Shown here: positions 54,627 through 64,000 of the stretch, piece by piece
Position numbering within the stretch: the stretch's first letter is position 1
How the letters are laid out: each line of letters starts with the position of its first letter
NCBI GenBank assembly: GCA_043803815.1
Contig: JAZDJR010000018.1
Span: forward strand, 32,001-96,000
DNA from: Candidatus Micrarchaeota archaeon
Lineage (GTDB): Archaea > Iainarchaeota > Iainarchaeia > Iainarchaeales > JAGVWC01
Reading direction: 5' to 3'
DNA: 64,000 nucleotides
Notes under the pieces: generated by a model
Database searches by the model: none
Told to the model about the DNA's origin: nothing
Seen by the model: the letters and a program-made list of their open reading frames with translations, nothing else
Translations under genes and position numbers: made by a program

Positions 54627-54977
54627 TTGAATGGCAAGATGGATATGGCTTCGTTGACATATGAAAAACCAAACGAAAGAAAAACGCTTTTGCTTGGTAT
54701 CGCCTTGATTATTTTAATTGCATTTATCACAGCTGGATTTCCTTTGATTGGACAGGCACTGTCCAAAACAACGCAAGCCGCACTATCCGAACGCACCGCT
54801 TGTTATTCGCAAAACTGCGCCATCGGACTGGAAAACTGCCTGAACAATTCCGCGGCTATATTTAGCGCTTGCCAAAACCGGCACCAAACCAGCTGTTTTA
54901 ACGCGCAGCAAAACGCCGATGCCGCGTGCGAGCAACAATTCCGGCAATGCATTCAAAACTGCAAAAACGGCTCATGA
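54627..54977 (+). CDS. Small Cys-rich single-TM protein
   Basis: TM followed by 8 Cys in Cx3-4C spacing; start uncertain. Confidence 0.55.
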   Translation: MNGKMDMASLTYEKPNERKTLLLGIALIILIAFITAGFPLIGQALSKTTQAALSERTACYSQNCAIGLENCLNNSAAIFSACQNRHQTSCFNAQQNADAACEQQFRQCIQNCKNGS

Positions 54978-55032
54978 AAACTTTACAACCCAATTTTAAG
55001 CCTTGTGCAAATAAAATTATAGCGGTGAATTT

Positions 55033-55365
55033 ATGTTTCCCGGCATGGGCAATCCTGCCCAAATGAAGCAGATGTTAAAGCAGTTCGGAATCAAGACCGA
55101 CGAGCTCAAAGTCAAGCGCGTGGTTTTTGAAACCGATGCCAAAAAAATCGTTTTTGACAGCCCGCAGGTTACGGTTATGGATACGCGGGGCCAAAAAATT
55201 TATTCTGTCATCGGCGAGAGCCGCGAGGAAAACGCGGGGGTTTCGCAGGAAGACGCCGAACTCGTGGCAAGCCAAGCCAAGGTAAGCAGCGCGGTTGCCA
55301 AAAAAGCATTGGAAGAAAGCGACGGCGACATCGCGCAGGCCATAGTCAAACTCAAAAAAGAATAA
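55033..55365 (+). CDS. nac: Nascent polypeptide-associated complex protein (aNAC)
   Basis: NP.QMKQM.KQ.GI, P.VT.M...GQ..Y, UBA-like D.ELVA.QA.VS...A..AL....GDIA.AI. Confidence 0.92.
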   Translation: MFPGMGNPAQMKQMLKQFGIKTDELKVKRVVFETDAKKIVFDSPQVTVMDTRGQKIYSVIGESREENAGVSQEDAELVASQAKVSSAVAKKALEESDGDIAQAIVKLKKE

Positions 55366-55393
55366 ACAAGAAAAAAGAATTTGAAAAACTTTT

Positions 55394-55876
55394 TTATTGG
55401 ACCAAATCGCCGATGTAAAACCGGTTAAGCATTCCGGACGGCGGTACTTGAGAATTGGTTCCGCCGGTTGGCAGGTTGTCGAACACGGTGGTCGCGTCGG
55501 TTCCGCAGCTTGGAACCATTGATTGTCCGTTGGGAATAAACGAGACAAAACGCGCCATGGAATAGACTTTGCCGTGAATAATCATCCAGCAATCCGAAGC
55601 CGAATGGTGGACGGCAACTTCGGCAGCGGTTCGGTTTTGAGGCGGCCCGAAATTTAAGTCTTCGAATCCGCCTGGCGGTCCGCGAACCGTTCCGTTGCGG
55701 TCTCTTCCGAATCCGCGGTTTTGGTCAAAGCCGCGGTTAAAGTCGCGGTTGCCGCGAAAGCGGTTTTGGTCCGCGGAATTGTTGGGGTTGGTGGACGAAC
55801 TTGGAGCGGTGCAGCCCGCCAATACCAAAACTGTTGCAAGCGCCAACGCCAAAAAAATTTTTTGTTTTACTCGCAA
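55394..55876 (-). CDS. Lipoprotein with a cytochrome b5-like domain lacking the heme histidines
   Basis: Lipobox LAGC; EVA.H.S..DCW.IIHGKVY, GTDAT..F, FYIG; HPGG replaced by IPNG. Confidence 0.72.
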   Translation of the reverse strand: MRVKQKIFLALALATVLVLAGCTAPSSSTNPNNSADQNRFRGNRDFNRGFDQNRGFGRDRNGTVRGPPGGFEDLNFGPPQNRTAAEVAVHHSASDCWMIIHGKVYSMARFVSFIPNGQSMVPSCGTDATTVFDNLPTGGTNSQVPPSGMLNRFYIGDLVQ

Positions 55877-55926
55877 TTTGGTTTTCGCCTTTATTTTTTA
55901 TTTTTTTTCTTTATTTTTTGTTTTTT

Positions 55927-57222
55927 TTATTCGTAGCGCAAAGCGTCGATGGGTTTGAGCCTGGACGCGGTTCGCGCGGGAACGATTCCGGCCAAGACTC
56001 CGATGACTGTGGACAATACAATGGCTTCAACCAACAGGATTGGCGTGACGAGAGTGGTGATACCGCCGCCTCCTGCGATTCCGCCGGCAATGCGAAGCCC
56101 CGCTTCGGTCAGGCCGTAAGAAATTAATGTTCCCAAAATTGCGCCGATTACTCCGCCGACCAGGCCGAATAAGGCGGATTCAATGACAAAGAGGCGCAAT
56201 ACTTCATAGTTGGATGCACCCAAGGCTTTCAGGATTCCGATTTCGTGCGTTTTTTCAAGAACCGAAGTAAACATGCTGTTGGCAACTCCGATGGCGCCCA
56301 CCAATAGGGAAACCGCGGCGATTGCGCCCAAAAACAGGGTTAGGGTATCGGTAACGCTGCTGACTTGCTGCTGAATCGCCTGCGCGGAAGTAATCGTAAA
56401 GTCCTGGTTTTGGCTGGTTACTTTTCGCGAAATCAATAAAGACTGGGTCAATTGCGAAACCGTGTTGTCCGCTTGGCTTACGTCCGCCACTTTTAATTGG
56501 ATGGAAGAATAGGTATCCTTGTTGATGTCCGTGAGAACATTCCAGGCCGAAGTGTAAGGGATATAAACGCTGTTGTCCCCGCCTCCGCCGCCGAATCCGC
56601 CTCCGCTGGAAGCAAGTATTCCGACAACTGTGAAAGGCTTGTCGTTTAAGATAATTGGGCGACCCAAGGTAATGGGCAATTTGAAAGTGGAATTGGCTAC
56701 GCGGCTTCCGATAACAACCGCCTGCGAATCGCTCGGGGTCAAAAATCGGCCGCTGGCCAAAGTAAGGTTGGTCATTTGTTTCCAGGGCAAGGGGTCGATT
56801 CCCTGTACGCTGACGTCGGCTTTTTCGGAAAGGAAAACCAGGTCGCTTCGGCCCGAAACAATTCTATTTAGTAGCAGCACCTGCGGGTTTTGCTGGATAA
56901 CCTGAAAATCTTTTTTGGTCAGTTCGGGAGTCGTGCTGTTGGAAGTGGAAGTCGCAGTCCTGCCGCCACTTGTGCCTTCTCCGCCGCCGCGAACGTTTCC
57001 AAAAAATCCGCCCGCGCGGTTAAATCCGGGAGAAATCGTGACTTGGTCCGCGCCGAATCCGGATAACCGCGCACTGATGCTTGCTTGCGCGCCTTCGCCG
57101 ATGGAAATAATGGATACTACCGCGGCTACACCGATAATGATTCCGAGTAACGTCAGCCAGGCGCGCAGCCTGCGATGCAGAATGCTGTTGACGGACAGCT
57201 CGAACGAGTCGGCGAATCGCAC
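55927..57222 (-). CDS. ABC transporter permease (MacB/FtsX type)
   Basis: R..LT.LGIIIGVAAVV, IAAVSLLVGAIGVANSMFTSVLEKTHEIGILKALGA, PIDALRYE. Confidence 0.93.
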   Translation of the reverse strand: MRFADSFELSVNSILHRRLRAWLTLLGIIIGVAAVVSIISIGEGAQASISARLSGFGADQVTISPGFNRAGGFFGNVRGGGEGTSGGRTATSTSNSTTPELTKKDFQVIQQNPQVLLLNRIVSGRSDLVFLSEKADVSVQGIDPLPWKQMTNLTLASGRFLTPSDSQAVVIGSRVANSTFKLPITLGRPIILNDKPFTVVGILASSGGGFGGGGGDNSVYIPYTSAWNVLTDINKDTYSSIQLKVADVSQADNTVSQLTQSLLISRKVTSQNQDFTITSAQAIQQQVSSVTDTLTLFLGAIAAVSLLVGAIGVANSMFTSVLEKTHEIGILKALGASNYEVLRLFVIESALFGLVGGVIGAILGTLISYGLTEAGLRIAGGIAGGGGITTLVTPILLVEAIVLSTVIGVLAGIVPARTASRLKPIDALRYE

Positions 57223-57225
57223 GAT

Positions 57226-58689
57226 CTATCCTCCGTTCTGCTTTCGCTTGAAAAACCAAATGAGAATTCCAAAGGACAGGATTCCAGCGACTGCCGCGCT
57301 GATAAGGCTTGCAGCGAACAGGTAAACGCTGGCTAAAAACAGCGCGATGACTATGATGAGAAACAGGCCGAACTTTTTCCAGTCTTTTTTGGAACGAAAA
57401 TAGTTATAGGCGATTCCTCCAAGGCCGATGACAGCCAACAAGGCCCAGGGCAGCCAGGACAAATTGTTTCGCTGCTGGAACTGGGTTGCGGCAATGTTTG
57501 CGTTTCCAGTGGTCGCATTTAACGCGACTTCTTTGACTACGCTTTGGCGCTGGCCGGTCGTATCCGTATAATCGATGGTTACTTTTAAGGTCTGCGAAGC
57601 TGGTGAAAATCCTGTTCCGCCTGTGCCTGTTCCACCGGTTCCGCTGGTGCCGCCGGTTCCAGTAGTTCCACCGGCTCTGCGTCCTGCACCAAAACCGCTT
57701 CCTTGGTTCTGGTCGATGCTAACGGTCGGCACTTGAAAATTGGCGAGCGTAAAATCGCCTTTGTTCAGGTTTCCCAAAATGGCCACGTTGCTTCCGACTA
57801 TTCGGATGCCGTCTTGGGGAAGAATTTTGACGACTACGGCTCCGGCGTTGTTGGAGCCGATATTGGCAATGCTGACGGATAATTGCCCCGAGGTCTGGTT
57901 ATCGATGCTGGCTTCAAAATCGGTAGTTCCGCCTACGACAAGCCCCACTTGCGAAGTTTGGATTTGGGTTCCGTTGTTGTCGACAAAGGAAACCGTGACA
58001 TCCAGCGAATACACTCCGGTTGCTATGTTAGGGTCGGCTACAACCGTGTATGAAACGGGAACGTTTGAGTCGGCTTCCAATTGGTCGATGTAGCGCTTGT
58101 TGTCGGTTCCCAAGGGCAGCACCAAATTGTTTTTTTCCTGCCAGGAAAGCGAAATATTGGAAATGGAAGTTTCGCTCAGGTTTTGAAGCGAAAAAACAAT
58201 CGTGGTCGGCGATGACGGACTGATGACGTTGGGCGAAACCGAAACATCGATGTTTTTTTGGGTTTTGAAAACAGGAATCGCGAGCGTTTCTTTTTGGCTG
58301 ACCGGCTGATTGTCCCGCAAATAAATAAGGTTTACAAAAAGAGGATAATATCCCGCGATGGTTCCTGGCTTGACCCGAAACGAAAACACCAAAGTTTTGG
58401 TTGAATCGGGAGAAATAAGCGAAATAAAATCGCTTGGCTTTACGGGTTCAAACTGGTTTCCCAGCTCCAGCTGGGCGTTCAAATCGATTACCGGCAAAAG
58501 CGTGGCACGGTTATGAACAGCCAAGGCCAGGCTGACCGTATCGCCCGAACGAATCGATGCGGGTAAATAGGTGGTTTGGGAAATTTCAATCAGGTTGGAA
58601 TACTCCGCGGTCGCGGCGTGCACAAACGGAATAATTGCCGCCAATGCAAAAACGAGGCTTATCGCCAGTGCGAATTTTTTTTCGTTCAT
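57226..58689 (-). CDS. COG1361 S-layer-domain protein
   Basis: Signal peptide, Ig-like repeats (G.Y.L.V..., IANIG...A, LGNLNKGDFT), Gly/Thr linker, C-terminal TMs; lies between ABC ATPase and permease. Confidence 0.8.
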   Translation of the reverse strand: MNEKKFALAISLVFALAAIIPFVHAATAEYSNLIEISQTTYLPASIRSGDTVSLALAVHNRATLLPVIDLNAQLELGNQFEPVKPSDFISLISPDSTKTLVFSFRVKPGTIAGYYPLFVNLIYLRDNQPVSQKETLAIPVFKTQKNIDVSVSPNVISPSSPTTIVFSLQNLSETSISNISLSWQEKNNLVLPLGTDNKRYIDQLEADSNVPVSYTVVADPNIATGVYSLDVTVSFVDNNGTQIQTSQVGLVVGGTTDFEASIDNQTSGQLSVSIANIGSNNAGAVVVKILPQDGIRIVGSNVAILGNLNKGDFTLANFQVPTVSIDQNQGSGFGAGRRAGGTTGTGGTSGTGGTGTGGTGFSPASQTLKVTIDYTDTTGQRQSVVKEVALNATTGNANIAATQFQQRNNLSWLPWALLAVIGLGGIAYNYFRSKKDWKKFGLFLIIVIALFLASVYLFAASLISAAVAGILSFGILIWFFKRKQNGG

Positions 58690-59396
58690 TTTCTTTTCTC
58701 CTTTTTTTTGTTTTTTACATCGGAAACGATTTTGCCGTCCCGCATCGTGACAATCCGGTCGGCGACTGCGGCAATATCGTTTTCGTGGGTAACCAGCACG
58801 ATTGTTTTGGATTCTTTTTTGTTCAGGTTCTCAAACAAAGACATTATTTCCACACTTGTTTTGGTGTCCAGATTTCCCGTGGGTTCGTCCGCCAGCATCA
58901 GTGAAGGCGTTGTGGACAATGCGCGCGCAACGGCGATGCGCTGGCGCTCCCCGCCGGACAGCTGTCCGGGCAGGTGGTTTTTCCGGTTTTCCAGCCCCAC
59001 AAGCCGAACCAGCTCGTTTACTTTTTTCGTGATTTCAGCGGGATTAAACTCGTGGATTTTCATGGGGAGCGCGATGTTTTCCGACACGTTTAAGGTGGGA
59101 TACAAATTAAAATTCTGGAAAACAAAACCGATTTTTTTTCCGCGAATCCTGGCCACTTGGTTTTCGGACAGGCTCGTAATATCGGTTCCGTCAATCAATA
59201 CCTTTCCGCCGGTCGGCGAGTCCAAGGCGCCAATCAGGTTTAACATTGTCGATTTTCCGGAGCCAGACGCTCCCATAATCGCCACAAACTCGCCATCGTA
59301 AATTTTCAGGTCAATGTTGCGAACCGCGGTGACTTCCACCAAATCCAAATGATACACTTTGGAGACATTCTGCAGTTCCAAAACGAGTTTAGCCAT
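58686..59396 (-). CDS. ABC transporter ATP-binding protein (LolD/MacB type)
   Basis: GASGSGKST, LSGGERQR, LADEPTGNLD, VTH. Confidence 0.95.
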   Translation of the reverse strand: MAKLVLELQNVSKVYHLDLVEVTAVRNIDLKIYDGEFVAIMGASGSGKSTMLNLIGALDSPTGGKVLIDGTDITSLSENQVARIRGKKIGFVFQNFNLYPTLNVSENIALPMKIHEFNPAEITKKVNELVRLVGLENRKNHLPGQLSGGERQRIAVARALSTTPSLMLADEPTGNLDTKTSVEIMSLFENLNKKESKTIVLVTHENDIAAVADRIVTMRDGKIVSDVKNKKKEKRK

Positions 59397-59549
59397 ATAA
59401 AACCATTTCCTTGTCCTTTTGCCGGCTTTTTCGTTCGCCCTTAAAAGGGCTCGGGATTTGCCCCTGTTTTAAATGGGATTGTACGCGTTAATAATACGAA
59501 GTGAAATCACCTGAAACGCAACGTTAACCCTTTTGAAAAAGGTTGAAAT

Positions 59550-60143
59550 ATGAAACAAGCCGAAACGGGATTTAAAACCAAGAAAAAATATGTTTTGATA
59601 ATGGTGCTGTGCTTTTTGTACGGCGGTTTTGCGCTTTTTTTGTTTGCAACCGAAGCATACACTGCCTATTGGAGAGCCGACATTTTGAACACTTCGCGCT
59701 TTGGCCCTCCCGATGATTTTAACCGGGGCCAGCCTCCCGATTTTAACCGGCTGGCGGATAACAATCAAAACTCGGTTGCCGGCCGCTTTCCCCGCGACCC
59801 CGTTGCCGCCTTGACTTCTCCCGCGGCACTGATTGAACTTTTTGGCGGAATTATATCTTTATTGGCGGGACTTGGAATTTGGAACCTGATTCGCGAAAAA
59901 GAAATCAAAAAAATAAAGGAAGAAACCGCCAACCATTTGCTTTTGCCTGAAGAACGCGCCATTATCGAAGCCGTCAAAAAATCCGGGCTGGAATCCACCC
60001 AAGCAAGGCTTGCCAAGGAAACTGGGCTTTCGCGCGTGCAGATTCACCGCACCCTTAACCGCCTGGAAGCCAAAGGGCTTTTGGAAAAGCACAAGTACGG
60101 CTTGACCAATAAAATTATTTTGAAAAAAGAAATATTTGAATAA
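59550..60143 (+). CDS. Membrane-anchored HTH regulator (COG2512-like)
   Basis: Two TMs and C-terminal TQARLAKETGLSRVQIHRTLNRLEAKGLLEK..YGLTN. Confidence 0.82.
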   Translation: MKQAETGFKTKKKYVLIMVLCFLYGGFALFLFATEAYTAYWRADILNTSRFGPPDDFNRGQPPDFNRLADNNQNSVAGRFPRDPVAALTSPAALIELFGGIISLLAGLGIWNLIREKEIKKIKEETANHLLLPEERAIIEAVKKSGLESTQARLAKETGLSRVQIHRTLNRLEAKGLLEKHKYGLTNKIILKKEIFE

Positions 60144-60212
60144 ATAATTGCTCAACAAAAAAGCCAATCGTTTGGAATTAGGAATTTGCATTCAGAAAAA
60201 GTGCGGGACTTT

Positions 60213-61646
60213 TTATTGGTTGGGCGAAAGCACGGAATCCAGTTCGGTTTGGATTGCAACCGCATCCGTTACCGCTGTTCTGCGCGTGGTAAACTGCACC
60301 ACGACATGCACCGAATTGTTCACATCGGTTCCGGGAACCACGCGGCCGTCAATTGTTCCGCCGGGAACGCTGAACACGGCGTTGGAATCGGATAATTCGG
60401 TTGCGTTAAACGTTGCCTGCTGAAACACGGTCACGGTTTGCGCGTCGTGCCACAAAGCCGCTTTGAGTTGGTCTGCGGTTTGCTTTGAAACCAACGGCAA
60501 ATCCGAATTCAGCTTGAGGGCGCCTTGGATTTGCACGCCGGGCAAAAATACCGCCTTGTCCAAAGCCACAGAAACGCTTTGCAAATAATCCAAGACTTTT
60601 TCCCGGTATGACAGCCATTCCGCCTTATTGGAGTGAACATCAATCGTGGCTTGGTAGGGCAACTGGTTTGTATACGCCTGCACGGGATTAGTTGGGTTAA
60701 TCGTTGCCAAAAACGCGAGGAACGCGGGGACATCCAGCTGCGCGTTCACGGAAAAACGCAGATGCGAATCCGGCCGAACCGAAACGGGAAACAACTGAAT
60801 TCCGGGAACCGTGCTGAGTTTTTCTTCCCAAAACGCGGCATTGGCGTCTTGGTTTGAATCCGGCAAATAATCCGCCTGAATAATCAGTCCCAAGTTAGGG
60901 GCCAGTTCGGCAACAGCCAGATCAACGGAAGCCAAACGGCTCACGGATTTGGTGTTTTCGTTCGAGTTTTGAATTTCAAACGCCTGCACGGACTGCAGAT
61001 TCGAACCGGTCAAGGAAACCTGCAATTGAACCTGCAAAGAATCGTTGGTCAGAGTCAAAAAATCCAGCTTGGCCGGAACCAGCTGGGTGTCAAACGTGTA
61101 ATCCCTTGAAACATTAAGGTCCTGATTGGCCAGATTCACGGTTTTGGGAATCTCGACAAAACCGTTTTTTACAAACGAAAATGAACCCAATACTCCCGCA
61201 GTCTTTTCGGTTAATGCGGAAGTAAGCGCTTCAAAAGTGGTTTTTTTGCCGTCAAACGAAATCTCGGCATAATAAACAAAACCTTGTCCTTGCATCTGAA
61301 CACGCGAGCTCAACTGGCGAATACCCGAAACCGCCGAAACCAAGGCATCAATTTTTTGGATGTCAACTTCGCTTGTTTGTGCAACCAAAGTAAACGACGG
61401 CAGCAGGCTTTTTACTTTCGCGGGCACTACCGCGGTATAGGTTAGCGGCGTTCCTTCGGTATTGGACAGCGGCGCAGTCGAACCGTTCGGATTCGAGGAG
61501 CCGTTATCGCTATTGGATAACAAAGCAAACGCAATCGTGGAACCCACCATAATGACGACAATGGCCAGGGCGAAAATCTGGGTGCCGCTGAGTTTTTTGG
61601 ACCAAACGGATTCCTTAGAATTTTTTTTGACTGTATTTTTGGCCAT
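60213..61646 (-). CDS. Hypothetical membrane-anchored surface protein
   Basis: Basic N-terminus, TM IMVGSTIAFA, large S/T/N/V-rich ectodomain. Confidence 0.7.
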   Translation of the reverse strand: MAKNTVKKNSKESVWSKKLSGTQIFALAIVVIMVGSTIAFALLSNSDNGSSNPNGSTAPLSNTEGTPLTYTAVVPAKVKSLLPSFTLVAQTSEVDIQKIDALVSAVSGIRQLSSRVQMQGQGFVYYAEISFDGKKTTFEALTSALTEKTAGVLGSFSFVKNGFVEIPKTVNLANQDLNVSRDYTFDTQLVPAKLDFLTLTNDSLQVQLQVSLTGSNLQSVQAFEIQNSNENTKSVSRLASVDLAVAELAPNLGLIIQADYLPDSNQDANAAFWEEKLSTVPGIQLFPVSVRPDSHLRFSVNAQLDVPAFLAFLATINPTNPVQAYTNQLPYQATIDVHSNKAEWLSYREKVLDYLQSVSVALDKAVFLPGVQIQGALKLNSDLPLVSKQTADQLKAALWHDAQTVTVFQQATFNATELSDSNAVFSVPGGTIDGRVVPGTDVNNSVHVVVQFTTRRTAVTDAVAIQTELDSVLSPNQ

Positions 61647-61831
61647 AGAGCATCCCGACAAAAATTGGCTTCCGAAAAAAAACTGATACCAAGTTCTTTT
61701 TACTTTAAACTATTGAAAACAAAATTGAATAAAAAAGGGTGGTTTTGGTTAGGACAAGGCCTTAAAAATGCTTTCGGACGAAAAGTGCATAATACGGTTT
61801 TTGAACTTATTAATCATTAAAGGACGTTAAA

Positions 61832-62599
61832 ATGACTTCCAGCGAATCCGACACCAAACCAAGCCAAGCGACTGCCAAACCAAAAGTACTGCCCGTTGTT
61901 CTCGTGGATTACACTGGAACCGACCTGGTCAGCGGACAATTGTTTGAATCGACCAATGCCAAACACGCGCAGGAAGGAAATATTTTTAATCCGCGGATTA
62001 CCTACAAACCCGTGCCGATTATTTTAGGCATGCACGAACTGATTCCGGCTTTGGAAAAAGAACTCGAACAGATGAACGAAGGCGAAACCAAAACCGTCCA
62101 ATTGGAGCCCAAAGAGGGGTACGGCGAACGAAACCCGGACAAAATCCGGATTTTGTCCCTCAAGGATTTTCGCGAACAAAAAATGAATCCCGTACCTGGG
62201 CTCATCATCGAAGCCGACGGAATGCAGGGCAAAGTCCAGTCTGTTTCCGGCGGGCGCGTGCGATGCGATTTTAACCATCCGCTGGCAGGAAAAAAAATCC
62301 GGTACGAAATTACCATGAGAAAAAAAATAACCGAGCCGAAAGAAAAAGTCTCCATGCTACTAGCCAAATTTTTTCCCACCACGCCGGTTGAAAACATAAC
62401 GGTCAAGGATAACGAAGCCGTCATTGAACTGCCAAGCGAACTGGACTCAAAGCCAGAAGCCGAAATCCTAAAAAAAGTTTTTGAAAGAATGCTCAAAGAG
62501 CATGTCGGGTTTTCCAAAGTCGAATTCGCAAAACCCAAAACCGAAAAAAAGGACACGGCAGAAAAGGATTCCAAAGACGAAAAAACCGATTCGGAATAA
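61832..62599 (+). CDS. slyD: FKBP-type peptidyl-prolyl isomerase (long archaeal SlyD type)
   Basis: VDYTG, FEST, P.EGYGER, SVSGGRVRCDFNHPLAGK. Confidence 0.92.
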   Translation: MTSSESDTKPSQATAKPKVLPVVLVDYTGTDLVSGQLFESTNAKHAQEGNIFNPRITYKPVPIILGMHELIPALEKELEQMNEGETKTVQLEPKEGYGERNPDKIRILSLKDFREQKMNPVPGLIIEADGMQGKVQSVSGGRVRCDFNHPLAGKKIRYEITMRKKITEPKEKVSMLLAKFFPTTPVENITVKDNEAVIELPSELDSKPEAEILKKVFERMLKEHVGFSKVEFAKPKTEKKDTAEKDSKDEKTDSE

Positions 62600-62773
62600 T
62601 TCAGCGATTTTTTAACCGTTTTTTTGCAGGCGCCGAAAAATAAACTTTGGGTTTTTGATTTCAAAAAAGCGATTTTTCGGCGACAGGCCGCTTTTGGCCC
62701 TTAAAAACAAGGCTTTTAAAAGGTTTGGGGTTTATTGGTTATTGAACTTTTACTGTTTTTACAGGTTTTTTTG

Positions 62774-63409
62774 ATGACAGCCAATACACCCGAACTCAAA
62801 ACCGGCACCACTACGGTCGGCGTAATCGCAAACGACGCCGTGATTTTGGCCGCGGATATGCGGGCTTCTTTGGGCCACATCGCCTATGACGAAGAAAACG
62901 ACAAATTAAGCGAAATTACCAAGCATATCGGCCTGACCAACGCGGGAAGCGTCGGCGACACCATGACCATTGTGCGGTTTTTGCGCTCGCACACCAAAAT
63001 GTACGAATTGGAACGCGAACACGAAATCTCGCCCAAAGCCCTGGTCACTTACCTTGCTAATGTTTTAAGCAGCCGGTATTGGGAAGTCCAATATCTGGTC
63101 GGCGGATTCGGCGACAAGCCCCAATTGTTTGAAGTCGCGCCCGGCGGAGCCATTCTGGAAAGAAACAAATACGCGGTCTCGGGCTCGGGAACCGAATTTG
63201 CGCTTACCACCCTTGATGTCGGATACAAGGAAAATCTGTCCCGCGAAGACGCGATTACCCTTGCCATCGCGGCGATTTCAAGCGGCAAAAGACGCGACAT
63301 TTTTTCCGGCGGACAATCGGTCTCGGTCATGATTATCGACCAGAACGGCACCGCCCGCCTGCCCCAAAAACAGGTTGAAAAATACCTGAAAACCAGCAAA
63401 AATATATAA
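62774..63409 (+). CDS. psmB: Proteasome subunit beta
   Basis: Propeptide ending KTG followed by TTTVG, AAD.RAS, AGSVGD, SGSG, RD..SG. Confidence 0.93.
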   Translation: MTANTPELKTGTTTVGVIANDAVILAADMRASLGHIAYDEENDKLSEITKHIGLTNAGSVGDTMTIVRFLRSHTKMYELEREHEISPKALVTYLANVLSSRYWEVQYLVGGFGDKPQLFEVAPGGAILERNKYAVSGSGTEFALTTLDVGYKENLSREDAITLAIAAISSGKRRDIFSGGQSVSVMIIDQNGTARLPQKQVEKYLKTSKNI

Positions 63410-63553
63410 CCCATTTTTGCGGCAGCTGAAAATTATTTTTTTGCCAATTGCCTTCCACTTTTAAAATTATTAGAGAATAGACCGGCTTAAAAAAATTATT
63501 TTTGGTTTTTGCCGAACAAAAACCGAAACGAATCCGAAAACGGGAAATCGCTT

Positions 63554-64000
63554 ATGGATATCCAAAAAGAAGTCGAATCAATCGTCAATACGGTCCTGCC
63601 GCCGCAAACGCAGGTGTCCAAAGTCGAAATGGAAGGCCCCGAAGTCGCGATTTACACCAAAAATCCCGGCGCTTTTTTCGAAAACGAAAACCTGGTCGCG
63701 CGAATCGCGTTTGAACTCAAAAAACGGGTGAATATCCGGACCGACAAAAGCCTTTTGGCAGACCCCGAAGCCGCCAGGCAAAAAATACTGGAAATTGTTC
63801 CCAAAGACGCGGGCATTGTTGAAATCATGTTCAACACCCCGTTTTCCGAAGTCATGATTGAAAGTGTGAAGCCCGGCCTGGTCATCGGAAAAGGCGGCGA
63901 AACTTCCAAGCGAATTATCATTGAAACCGGCTGGACGCCGAACATTATCCGCGCTCCGACTTCTCCCAGCGAAATTCTGAAAGGAATCCGCCATCACCAG
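63554..64000 (+). CDS. Beta-CASP ribonuclease aCPSF1/FttA, N-terminal KH domains, truncated by the window edge
   Basis: MDIQKEVE...EGPEVAIYTKNP...LKKRVNIR.D...IESVKPGLVIGKGG...GWTP.IIRAP; follows psmB as in most archaea. Confidence 0.9.
   Translation, partial: MDIQKEVESIVNTVLPPQTQVSKVEMEGPEVAIYTKNPGAFFENENLVARIAFELKKRVNIRTDKSLLADPEAARQKILEIVPKDAGIVEIMFNTPFSEVMIESVKPGLVIGKGGETSKRIIIETGWTPNIIRAPTSPSEILKGIRHHQ

Noticed and set aside
1-64000. CRISPR array, rRNA, integrase, transposase or reverse transcriptase/DGR
   Set aside because: No regularly spaced repeats, rRNA-like sequence or catalytic motifs for these enzymes were seen.

Overview
This 64-kb window is core chromosome of a DPANN archaeon. 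Gene content and style suggest Iainarchaeota/Diapherotrites, which is an inference. It carries the conserved rpoD-tRNA-Leu-rpl18e-rpl13-rps9-rpoN-rps2 and rpl7ae-rps28e-rpl24e-ndk-infB-rps6e-eif2g-PIN-rpoE1-spt4-rps24e-rps27ae clusters, gltX, the t6A genes (sua5, kae1, bud32), grpE-dnaK-dnaJ, rps15-rps3ae-DUF92-carS, an archaeosortase, secF/secD, NOG1, PolD (DP1/DP2), sepF, cdc6, hel308, a surface-protein/ABC region, slyD, psmB and the start of aCPSF1/FttA. I found no CRISPR array, rRNA, integrase, transposase or intein. The most unusual signals are five. (1) An 844-bp cassette encoding a His-substituted kinase-fold protein sits between DP1 and DP2, bounded by a direct repeat that duplicates the DP2 start. 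A second degenerate kinase-fold orphan splits dnaK from dnaJ. (2) A ~74-bp two-hairpin element occurs twice, 44 kb apart, with compensatory base changes; a second unrelated ~85-bp repeat lies at two convergent junctions. (3) A perfect non-CIRCE palindrome lies in front of grpE, facing a divergent winged-helix regulator. (4) A secreted, modular tail-fibre-like protein has an S74 chaperone domain. (5) D-x-N tripeptides cluster in predicted extracellular segments, including a cytochrome-b5-fold lipoprotein lacking both heme histidines.
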